DNA from: Treponemataceae bacterium
GTDB lineage: Bacteria; Spirochaetota; Spirochaetia; Treponematales; Rectinemataceae
Length of the DNA stretch: 64,000 nt
Reading direction: 5' to 3'
Assembly (NCBI GenBank): GCA_963667725.2
Contig: CAXXHO010000003.1
Location: 64,001-128,000 of the forward strand
Shown here: positions 46,343-54,369 of the stretch, piece after piece
How positions within the stretch are numbered: position 1 is the stretch's first letter
Layout: each line of letters opens with the position of its first letter
Program-made: the position numbers and the translations under genes
Notes under the pieces: model-generated
Databases searched by the model: none
Seen by the model: only the letters and a program-made list of their open reading frames with translations
What the model was told of the DNA's origin: nothing

Positions 46343-47998
46343 GTGATTCCGATGAGCGAAAACAATCTCCGCGTGACTTTCGTCAGCCTCAATATAAAGG
46401 AAGACCGCGGCACCCTGCCCCTCGGGGCCGGCTGCGCGGCGACTTCCCTCCTGGCCGCGGGGCTGGCGCGCCGCGAAGATATATTCATCCTGGAAGCCTG
46501 CGTCGACGACGGAGAAGACGATCTTCTGCGCAGGATTGTCGAGAACCGCCCCCAGGTCGTGGGTTTTTCCCTCTACTGCTGGAATTCCACGACCTTCGCG
46601 TCGCTGGCTGAGCGGCTGAAGGCCGATTTTCCGGAAATTCTCCTCATCGCGGGGGGGCCGGACGCCGAACGCTTCGTGCCGGAGCGGCTGAAGGCGGAGG
46701 AGCCGGGGCTCTCATGCCGCTTCGACGCGCTCTTCCTGGGTGAAGCCGAGGCGAGCCTCCCCGCGTGGCTGGCGGCGACTGCGGCGTCCAGCCCCTCCAT
46801 CATTCGCGCCAAGCCCTGCGACGCGTCTTCACTTTCTTCTCCCTGGCTGGAAGGAATTCTGGAGCCCCGGCGCGGAGGGGCCGTGGCATGGGAGCTGACG
46901 AGGGGCTGTCCCTTCCGCTGCACCTACTGCTATGAAGGCAGGGGCTTTTCCGGCCTCAGGCACTTCCCCGCCGAAAGGCTGGAGAAGGAGCTGGAGCTTT
47001 TTACGCGAAGCGGCGTCAAGGAAGTCTTCGTCCTGGACCCCACCTTCAACACGCAGGGCAAACGTGCCATGTCGCTGCTGAAGTTCTTCGCGGAGAAGGG
47101 CGGGGATATAGACTGGTATTTCGAGATCCGCGCCGAGCTTCTCGACAGGGCGCAGGCTGAAGCCTTCGCCGCCATCCCCTGTTCGCTGCAGATCGGGCTC
47201 CAGAGCGTTCGTCCCGAAGTGCTGAAAAATATCGGCAGGCAGATGGACCGAAAAAAATTCGCCTCGAAAATCGGCCTTCTCAATCAGACGGGAGCCGTAT
47301 TCGGCCTGGACCTCATCTATGGACTGCCGGGCGATTCGCTTTCGGGTTTTCGCGAAAGCCTCGATTTTGCCCTTTCCCTGATGCCCAACCATCTCGACAT
47401 CTTTCCCCTTGCCGTCCTGCCCGGTACCACCCTCTACGGACAGAGCCGAGAATTCGTCCTCGAATTCGACAGCCAGCCGCCCTATCTGGTAAAAAGCCAG
47501 CCCGGCTTTTCCTCAGGCGATATGGACGCGGCGGCCAGGCTCGCCCGCGCCTGCGGAACTTTCTATACGAAGGGCAGGGCCGTTCCCTGGTTTCTGTCGA
47601 TCCTGAAGCCCCTGCGCATGTCGCCATCGGCCTTTCTGGCCGGATTCGACACGATGGAGACTCGAGGGAAGACGCGCGGGGAGGGACTGCCGTCGGGGCA
47701 CGCGGCGATCGAAGCCCTTCAGTGCGCGTACATTTCGCGGCTCTATGCGCGGCAGGGGAAAGATGACCTCCTGCCCGCCGCCCTGGATCTGCTGCGCTTC
47801 CACGGGGCATGGTCCAGAGCCTTCGCCGATGGCGAAGCGTCGAGGCTGGAGCTGACCTATCCTCTTCACCTGGTGGAAAGTCCGGAGATGCTGGATATCG
47901 AATATTTCCGCAGGCATAACGACCCTCATCCCTGCCGCGTTGCGATCATGCCGACGAAGGATGGCCCTCGCGCAAGAATTCTATCGAAACATGAATAA
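46343..47998 (+). CDS. B12-binding domain radical SAM protein
   Basis: VVGFSLYCWN..IAGGP, GEAE, TRGCPFRCTYC, LQIGLQS, DLIYGLPGD. Confidence 0.9.
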   Translation: MIPMSENNLRVTFVSLNIKEDRGTLPLGAGCAATSLLAAGLARREDIFILEACVDDGEDDLLRRIVENRPQVVGFSLYCWNSTTFASLAERLKADFPEILLIAGGPDAERFVPERLKAEEPGLSCRFDALFLGEAEASLPAWLAATAASSPSIIRAKPCDASSLSSPWLEGILEPRRGGAVAWELTRGCPFRCTYCYEGRGFSGLRHFPAERLEKELELFTRSGVKEVFVLDPTFNTQGKRAMSLLKFFAEKGGDIDWYFEIRAELLDRAQAEAFAAIPCSLQIGLQSVRPEVLKNIGRQMDRKKFASKIGLLNQTGAVFGLDLIYGLPGDSLSGFRESLDFALSLMPNHLDIFPLAVLPGTTLYGQSREFVLEFDSQPPYLVKSQPGFSSGDMDAAARLARACGTFYTKGRAVPWFLSILKPLRMSPSAFLAGFDTMETRGKTRGEGLPSGHAAIEALQCAYISRLYARQGKDDLLPAALDLLRFHGAWSRAFADGEASRLELTYPLHLVESPEMLDIEYFRRHNDPHPCRVAIMPTKDGPRARILSKHE

Positions 47999-48004
47999 AT
48001 ATGC

Positions 48005-48033
48005 TTGACATGCCGTCATACTTTCTGTATCGT
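48005..48033 (+). promoter_or_regulatory. sigma70-type promoter of the Asn leader/asparagine synthetase transcript
   Basis: TTGACA-N17-TATCGT. Confidence 0.75.
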
Positions 48034-48043
48034 GCCTGTATCT

Positions 48044-48130
48044 ATGAAGCGAAACGTGTTTAACGCCAACTCCAATCTTCTCAATAATAATAACGGAACT
48101 GCCGCAGCGGTGCCGGAGCTGTGCGCATAG
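48044..48130 (+). CDS. Asn-rich attenuation leader peptide, MKRNVFNANSNLLNNNNGTAAAVPELCA
   Basis: Manual translation: 8 Asn in the first 17 codons, including AAT AAT AAT AAC; lies between a promoter and a terminator upstream of the asparagine synthetase. Confidence 0.85.
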   Translation: MKRNVFNANSNLLNNNNGTAAAVPELCA

Positions 48131-48151
48131 ATAGATAAAGACTGAAATGGG

Positions 48152-48180
48152 ACCGGCCCTTTATGGGGCCGGTTTTTTTT
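48152..48180 (+). terminator. attenuator terminator (3:4 hairpin)
   Basis: ACCGGCCCT-TTAT-GGGGCCGGT with a T8 run at 48173-48180. Confidence 0.9.
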
Positions 48181-48381
48181 GGTCCGCGTCATTGGCGAAT
48201 GTCCTGAAAGCTTCTTGAAAGGAGGGCGGAGGATGATATTCAGTTATGGCATCCTCATGGGTAATGCGTTTTTTATCCATGACAGTTACCGGGGAATTTT
48301 ATGCGGATCCGTTTTTCGGAACGCATGCCTGATTCCGGCTGGATTAGGCCGGACAATGTAGGATGAAGAATAGGAATAACC

Positions 48382-49641
48382 ATGAAGACGATTAAAAGCA
48401 CGTATGAATATGCAGTTCCCGAAAAAGCCGAAACCATCGGCGCCGCCCTTGCCGATTGGAGGGATAGCCTGAAGGAAAAGGGAAGCTCCTTCAGCGGACA
48501 CCTGGGCAAGTATTATCTCGAAAAATGGAGCGATCCTCTCCTCGCCGATGTCATGGCCATACGCACGAGTTTCATACTCGCCATGCAGGAATTCCTGGCC
48601 GAGCGGGGATTGTCCAACATCGACAGGGTTTCGCTTTCGCCCATCACCGATCCACTCTGCCATGATGTCGAGCACGTGCCCGTCATTCACTACAAGGATG
48701 TGCCCTACCGGACGACGCATTCCATGATCTACTCGAAATTCCTGGCATGCGTGAACCCCGCGGTAAGGGGCGTGTTCATCGATTCACCCAACATCAGGCT
48801 GGAACTGCCTCATGAGGATGTCACCAAGCGGAAAAAGTACCTGATCGACTTTTCCCAGATGGATATGGAAGCGAAGCGTAGCGTCTATATATCGGATGAC
48901 GATTATTTCGACGATCCCGCGAAGGTTACGCTGCTGCTCGAGAAGGAAAGGGACGAGGCCCTGGATTTTTTCGAGGATCTGATCATTTCCGTGGTCAGGA
49001 AAGTGAAGGCCGCATGTCCCGAATGTCTCGCTTCCTTGGGCGTCGCGCTCGACGTTCCGCAGAAACCATTTCCGCGCTTCTATAAAGACGAATCCGGAGA
49101 CGACGAAGGACTCGAGGCGAGGCTTGGCGCCGCGGCGGGCACGCAGTTTTTCTGGGTGCTGGGACTTCTGAGGGAAAACTACGATCTTGTCTATCCCTTC
49201 CTCAAAAGGGACGGCTCGGTCAGTTCGGCCTCATCCATAAGCTCGCGCCAGGTTTTCAACTATGATCTCTGCGCCGCCGCTAAATATCTGGACGGTTCCT
49301 ATGGGGAGGCTTTCGAGGTGCTGTCGGGAGGCTTGAGGGAATGGTTCTATCCGGCGATCATCGCGCGCCTGCTGCAGAACGGCATTCTGTCGCAGGCGCC
49401 GCGCTTTGACGAACAGGGCGATATCGAGAATATCGAAGCCCTGGAAGGCTATGGCCCCTTCCTCTCCGCGGTGGCGGCCCGGACGCCCGAGGGGGAATCG
49501 CTCTTTCCCCAGACCTTCGGCGGCGGCATCGGCATCGAGAGAACCCTTTTCACGCTGCTGCAGGGACCTAAAATACACAGCATCGACGAGACTACGTTCT
49601 TCGGGAAGAATCCCGATCAACCGGGACCCTTCCTGTTCTAG
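48382..49641 (+). CDS. archaeal-type asparagine synthetase (AspRS/AsnRS catalytic-core paralogue lacking the anticodon domain)
   Basis: SPITDPL, THSMIYSK, IDSPNIRLE, DFSQMDME, NYDL, EVLSGGLREW, GGGIGIER; no N-terminal OB domain; the Asn leader upstream agrees with this function. Confidence 0.8.
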   Translation: MKTIKSTYEYAVPEKAETIGAALADWRDSLKEKGSSFSGHLGKYYLEKWSDPLLADVMAIRTSFILAMQEFLAERGLSNIDRVSLSPITDPLCHDVEHVPVIHYKDVPYRTTHSMIYSKFLACVNPAVRGVFIDSPNIRLELPHEDVTKRKKYLIDFSQMDMEAKRSVYISDDDYFDDPAKVTLLLEKERDEALDFFEDLIISVVRKVKAACPECLASLGVALDVPQKPFPRFYKDESGDDEGLEARLGAAAGTQFFWVLGLLRENYDLVYPFLKRDGSVSSASSISSRQVFNYDLCAAAKYLDGSYGEAFEVLSGGLREWFYPAIIARLLQNGILSQAPRFDEQGDIENIEALEGYGPFLSAVAARTPEGESLFPQTFGGGIGIERTLFTLLQGPKIHSIDETTFFGKNPDQPGPFLF

Positions 49642-49661
49642 TCAGTCACTGAATGAGGCTT

Positions 49662-49700
49662 GGAGGATGGGCCGTTTCCGAAGGAAACGGCCCATCCTCC
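49662..49700. terminator. perfect 18 bp hairpin between convergent genes
   Basis: GGAGGATGGGCCGTTTCC-GAA-GGAAACGGCCCATCCTCC; no T tract. Confidence 0.6.
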
Positions 49701-49708
49701 CGGCGCAG

Positions 49709-50965
49709 TCATTCCCAGTCCAGGAGACGGCGCTGCCCCTGTAAGGCCCTGAGCTCGGTGAGGTCCTGACTTACCTCGAGGGTTCCCTTATAGCTGCCGG
49801 CAGCGTCGTACAAGGCATAATATTCGATGAGGATGAAGCGGCCGCCCATCTCTATCCAGAATCTGGCCTTGTCTTTTTCCTTGTTCTTGAACGAGGCGAG
49901 AATCTTGTTCACCGTATCGACCGATTTCTGCGGGTGACAGTTCTGGACGGTCCGTCCTATGGCGGCCGGGCTCCGCGGGAAAATCCTGTGCGGAACATCG
50001 GAATAATAGAGCACCCTGTCGTTCTCGTCGACGATGCTGATGTCGACGGGCATCGTCTTGAGGGCTATATCGAGCAGTTCCTTAGAGACGCGGCCGGTGG
50101 AGAGGTCCAGCAGGTCGGACAGCGCCTCGGGCACGGCCGTTGGCGTCGACGTTGTTGTTGGCGCCGCCGCAGACACCGCTGATATCGCTGACGCCTCAGG
50201 CACCGAATTCGCCAGCACCAGGCCGGCATCGTAGAGCGAAGCCGGATGAATCCAGGCGAAGCCTATGGCCTCCTCCCCCTGACGGATCTCGGCCCATTCG
50301 CGGCTGGTAAGGCGTCGTGTCGCTTCGGGGATAAGGATGTTTTCTTCCATGAAGATCATCTTCCTGATTTTTGAGGCGAGGGCCCTGGCCTGCGCGGAGA
50401 ATTCGCCGGGCATCCGGTCCAGGGCTTGCCTGGCATCCTTGAAGAGGGCCCTGATCTCATCGTGCTTGCCCCACATCACGCGGGAAGGGCCGGTGAAGCT
50501 GTGCTTTTCCAGATAGGGGAAGAGCTGATTTTCTTTCCTGGCGTAATGGATGATGATGGCCGAAAGATCGTCTAGCGCCTTCTGCGCCGTATCCCTGCTT
50601 CCGATCCCCCAGGTCCAGGACCTCGCCGCCGCCTTCAGCGCCGCGGCTTTCTTCTTCGCGAGCTTGTTTTCCTCGAGCATCGAATGAACGGGATGGCCGG
50701 CTATGCCGCTCGGCTTGTCGGCTTTGGCGAGCGAATTCTCGAAAACCTGAACATGTACTTCGCAGAGCCTCTGGACTTCTTCGACGGGCATTCCCCCATC
50801 GATGAGGGATTGTTCCATGGCCGCTACCTCGGCGGCGCTCACCCCATGGATGAGCTTCGCGAATTCTTTTTTGACTTCGGAGACAGGGGTCCCTTCATGG
50901 AGCCTGCCTATGATTTTTTTCAGCTGTACCTGTCGCTCTGGATTAATGGTGACGTATTCGCCCAT
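49709..50965 (-). CDS. DUF438/hemerythrin/PAS domain protein
   Basis: QRLCEVH, GHPVH, HYARKENQLFP, VMWGKHDEIR, IGRTVQNCHPQKS. Confidence 0.85.
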   Translation of the reverse strand: MGEYVTINPERQVQLKKIIGRLHEGTPVSEVKKEFAKLIHGVSAAEVAAMEQSLIDGGMPVEEVQRLCEVHVQVFENSLAKADKPSGIAGHPVHSMLEENKLAKKKAAALKAAARSWTWGIGSRDTAQKALDDLSAIIIHYARKENQLFPYLEKHSFTGPSRVMWGKHDEIRALFKDARQALDRMPGEFSAQARALASKIRKMIFMEENILIPEATRRLTSREWAEIRQGEEAIGFAWIHPASLYDAGLVLANSVPEASAISAVSAAAPTTTSTPTAVPEALSDLLDLSTGRVSKELLDIALKTMPVDISIVDENDRVLYYSDVPHRIFPRSPAAIGRTVQNCHPQKSVDTVNKILASFKNKEKDKARFWIEMGGRFILIEYYALYDAAGSYKGTLEVSQDLTELRALQGQRRLLDWE

Positions 50966-51058
50966 TCTTCCCTCCCGCTATGCAGATAGTATAGACGATG
51001 GCGCGGAAGAAAGCAGTAACAGAGGTTACGGAATGCCGTCAGTTTTCGGAGATGCGGC

Positions 51059-51991
51059 TCAGCCTTTCGAATCGGGTTTCGCGTCGGCCGCGGTGAGCCC
51101 GAACTTTTCATCTTCGACGTTTCCCAGGGGTTCGATATGGACGATGACATCGTAGATGTCGGGAATCGACTCCTTGATGGATTCCTCCACGTCGACCGCT
51201 ATTTTATGGGCATCGCGCACGCTCATGCCGGGTTCCACTTCTATGTCCAGGTCGACGATGAGCATCGAGCCGATGCGCCGCAGCCGCGCCCTGTGGGGGT
51301 TGCCTGCCGCCGGCACCTTGGCTATGGCGGCGAAGAGCTCCTTGTATTGGCCGTGGCTGTTGAGGCCGTCCATAAGTTCGGTGTTGGCTTCCAGGAAGAT
51401 TTCCACGGCGTTTTTGAGAATCCACAGGGATACGAGGGCCGCGAGAATCTTGTCCATGACAGGGATGCCGGTGATATAGGTCAAAATCAATCCGACGAGA
51501 ACGGCCGAGGAAGTCACCACATCGCCCCGCATGTTCTTGCCGTTCGCTATGAGCATGGCCGAACCGCTTTTTTTGCCGTAGTAGAACTGGCTCCACGCGA
51601 GGGCGAGTTTTCCGATTATGGAAGCGACCGTCACCCATATGGCCATCATCGAGGGCATGACGCTTACGGCTCCTCTTGCTATCTGGCCAATCGCGTTTAT
51701 GAGAACCTGGGCGCCCGCGTAGAATACGATGAAGGAGATGAGGGCCGTGGCTATTGTCTCGATTCTTCCGTGGCCATAGGGGTGCTCCCTGTCGCCGGGC
51801 TTAGCCGAAATTTTTCCGGCCACGAGGGTCATGGCGGCGATGAGGACATCGGTAGCCGAGTCGATGCCGTCCGAGAGCACGGCCAGGCTTCCCGAAAAGC
51901 TTCCAATTACGATTTTCAGTATGGCGAGAAGGCTGTTGCCGACGAGGGCTATCCAGCTCGCTTTGCGCAATGAAGCGCTTCTGCTGTTCAT
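51059..51991 (-). CDS. cation diffusion facilitator (FieF-like)
   Basis: SLAVLSDGIDSATD, HPYGHGRIE, DVIVHIEP. Confidence 0.9.
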   Translation of the reverse strand: MNSRSASLRKASWIALVGNSLLAILKIVIGSFSGSLAVLSDGIDSATDVLIAAMTLVAGKISAKPGDREHPYGHGRIETIATALISFIVFYAGAQVLINAIGQIARGAVSVMPSMMAIWVTVASIIGKLALAWSQFYYGKKSGSAMLIANGKNMRGDVVTSSAVLVGLILTYITGIPVMDKILAALVSLWILKNAVEIFLEANTELMDGLNSHGQYKELFAAIAKVPAAGNPHRARLRRIGSMLIVDLDIEVEPGMSVRDAHKIAVDVEESIKESIPDIYDVIVHIEPLGNVEDEKFGLTAADAKPDSKG

Positions 51992-52007
51992 GATGACTCC
52001 GCTTGTT

Positions 52008-53306
52008 TTAGAGGGACTCCAGAATCCCGTCGGCCGCGCGCAGGCCTGAAGCCCATGCCGCGGTTATCCCCCTGCTCGTGCCCGCGCCGTCGCCCACGAG
52101 GTAAAGGCCTTCGGCAGCCCTGAAATGGTTGTCGTCGAAGGCGGGCCGATTCGCGTAGAGCTTGATCTCGGGGTAATACATGATGGTGCTCGGGTGGAGG
52201 AGGCCTGGGACTATCGAATCGAGCAGCTTCATCCCGTTCCATAGCGCGTTCAGAATCTTGGCCGGCGCCGAGAGGCCTATGTCGCCGGGGGTGCATGAGG
52301 GCAGGGTGGGCTCGAAATCGTAGAGGTCTCCCGAAAAGGATTCGGCGAATGAACGCTTGCCGAGCCTGAAGTCGCCGATCCTCTGCATTATCGGTCTGCC
52401 GCCGCCGAGGAGGGCGGCCTGCATGCCCAGCATCCTGGCGTAGGCCTGGCCCGAGGCGAGGGGAGCGGTGAGGGTGACCGTCTTCAGGATCGCGAAATTG
52501 GTGAGACCGTTCTCGGGGCGGGACGATGACCAGGCATGGCCGTTCACCGAATACCAGACGCCCGATTCCTGGTCGCCGTATTTTTCCTGCACCACATAGG
52601 CCGACCGCGAATTGGTGCAGAATGTCCTCGTCTTTTTCGGGAAAAGGAACTTGGGATCGTAGTAATCCCTCACGATGGGATAGCGTTCTTCCTTTGTCTC
52701 CACCCGCACGCCGATATCCACGACGTTGTCGCGATAGGATATGCCGGCGCCGTTCATCATCTGCTGGAGGAAGGCGAAGCCTCCGCGCCCCGGCGCGATG
52801 ATGAGGTTTTTGTAGGCTATTTCCCTTTTGTCAGTGGTTACTATCTTTCGCTCGGCGTCGAGGCTCAGCATTTTCTCGCCCAGGGAAATCTCGGCGCCGA
52901 GATTTCCGAGGCGGGCGACGAGCGTCTTTATCAATTCGAGGCCGCCGTCGGTGCCCAGGTGGGACTGTCGGATTTCCAGGAGCTTAACGCCCAGCTTTTC
53001 GGCCCTGTGAAAATAGACGCCGACGTTCTTCTTGTCCATGATGTCGGGAAGGAGGAATTCCTCGACCCTGCGCAGATAGTATTCGGCCAGTTCCCTGTTC
53101 CAGCAGACTTCGGGAAAACCGATGGGCCAGGAGAAGTTCATTTTGCAGTCGTTGCGCAGTCCGCCGGAGGATACTTCGTTTTTGTCCAGGATGAGAAGGG
53201 ATAGGTCGGATTTGCCGACTTTTGGTCCATGATCCTCGAGAAGGCCGAATGCCGCTCCCAGACCGGCGGGACCAGTGCCAATTATCAGTACGTCGACTTT
53301 GTTCAT
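52008..53306 (-). CDS. FAD-dependent oxidoreductase
   Basis: IIGTGPAG, RTFCTN, VNGH, YYPEIK, GDGAGTSRGI. Confidence 0.85.
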   Translation of the reverse strand: MNKVDVLIIGTGPAGLGAAFGLLEDHGPKVGKSDLSLLILDKNEVSSGGLRNDCKMNFSWPIGFPEVCWNRELAEYYLRRVEEFLLPDIMDKKNVGVYFHRAEKLGVKLLEIRQSHLGTDGGLELIKTLVARLGNLGAEISLGEKMLSLDAERKIVTTDKREIAYKNLIIAPGRGGFAFLQQMMNGAGISYRDNVVDIGVRVETKEERYPIVRDYYDPKFLFPKKTRTFCTNSRSAYVVQEKYGDQESGVWYSVNGHAWSSSRPENGLTNFAILKTVTLTAPLASGQAYARMLGMQAALLGGGRPIMQRIGDFRLGKRSFAESFSGDLYDFEPTLPSCTPGDIGLSAPAKILNALWNGMKLLDSIVPGLLHPSTIMYYPEIKLYANRPAFDDNHFRAAEGLYLVGDGAGTSRGITAAWASGLRAADGILESL

Positions 53307-54358
53307 CGTTTTGCCAGGTATTTCCTTATGTCTACGGCGACAGCCGCTATGATGATAGCGCCTTTGATGATTTGCTGCCAGTAGGGGTTCATGTTGATGA
53401 AGGTGAGTCCATAGGAAATGATGCTGAAGATGAGGACGCCTATGACCATGCCCGGAACCGTGCCGATGCCTCCCGAGGTCGATACGCCGCCGACGACGCA
53501 GGCCGCGATGGCGTCCAGTTCATAGCCGTTGCCGTAGTTGTTCGTGGCGCCGCCCGTTCTGGCGGCTTCCAGCGTGCCCGCGAGGCCGTAGAGGGCTCCC
53601 GCTATTGTATAGACGGCGAGGAGGCTTTTCTGTACGGGAACGCCTGACACCTTGGCTGCGTCGGGGTTGCCGCCGATGGCGTAGATGTTCTTGCCGAACC
53701 TAGTCTTGTTGTGGATGACCCAGACGATAGCGGCGACGACAAGAGCGATGATGACGATGTAGGGTATCGAATAGGTGCCATCGAAGCCGACATAGCCCGA
53801 GCCGAGGGTGGTGAGGTCCTTCCTTAAGCCTCCGATGGGCTGGGCGCCATAGGGCGGCCTGTCGAAGTAGATCGAGGTGACGCCGTACGCCGCTACCATC
53901 ATGCCGAGGGTGGCTATGAAAGGGGGAACCTTGAGATAGGCGACGATCATCCCGTTGAGGAGACCCAGGAGGGCACAGGCCAGGATGGCTATGAGGATGG
54001 GGATCCAGATGGGGAGCTCAGGAATGTTGGGATACATGCGCCTGGGGTAGGACATGAACTGGAGGAGGGAGGCCGAAACGACGGCAGCGAGGCCGACCTG
54101 GCGGCCAGCCGAAAGGTCGGTGCCTCCGGTGATGAGGATGCCGCCTATGCCCATGGCGATGATGATTCGCGTGGCCGACATCGAGAGGATATTTCTCAGG
54201 TTCTGGAGGGAAAGGAAGGCCGGCGCCTTGATGGAAATAGCCACCACGAGGGCGAGAAACACCAGGTAAATGGCGTATTTTATGGAAAAGTCTTTTATCG
54301 CCTTCTGCCGCGTCATTGATCGGGTCTGAAAAACTTCTGTATTCTTGTTTTCTGCCAT
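53303..54358 (-). CDS. mglC: galactoside ABC transporter permease
   Basis: GTDLSAGRQVG, PFIATLG, IGGNPDAAKVSG, GATNNYGNGYELDAIAACVVGGVS. Confidence 0.85.
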   Translation of the reverse strand: MAENKNTEVFQTRSMTRQKAIKDFSIKYAIYLVFLALVVAISIKAPAFLSLQNLRNILSMSATRIIIAMGIGGILITGGTDLSAGRQVGLAAVVSASLLQFMSYPRRMYPNIPELPIWIPILIAILACALLGLLNGMIVAYLKVPPFIATLGMMVAAYGVTSIYFDRPPYGAQPIGGLRKDLTTLGSGYVGFDGTYSIPYIVIIALVVAAIVWVIHNKTRFGKNIYAIGGNPDAAKVSGVPVQKSLLAVYTIAGALYGLAGTLEAARTGGATNNYGNGYELDAIAACVVGGVSTSGGIGTVPGMVIGVLIFSIISYGLTFINMNPYWQQIIKGAIIIAAVAVDIRKYLAKR

Positions 54359-54369
54359 TTTTTCTCTCC

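Noticed and set aside
48034..48381. T-box or metabolite riboswitch
   Set aside because: No T-box consensus or recognisable aptamer; the leader-peptide model explains the structures.
48382..49641. Calling this gene asnS/aspS or a truncated pseudogene
   Set aside because: It lacks the anticodon domain but is intact, with synthetase-paralogue motifs and its own regulatory leader.
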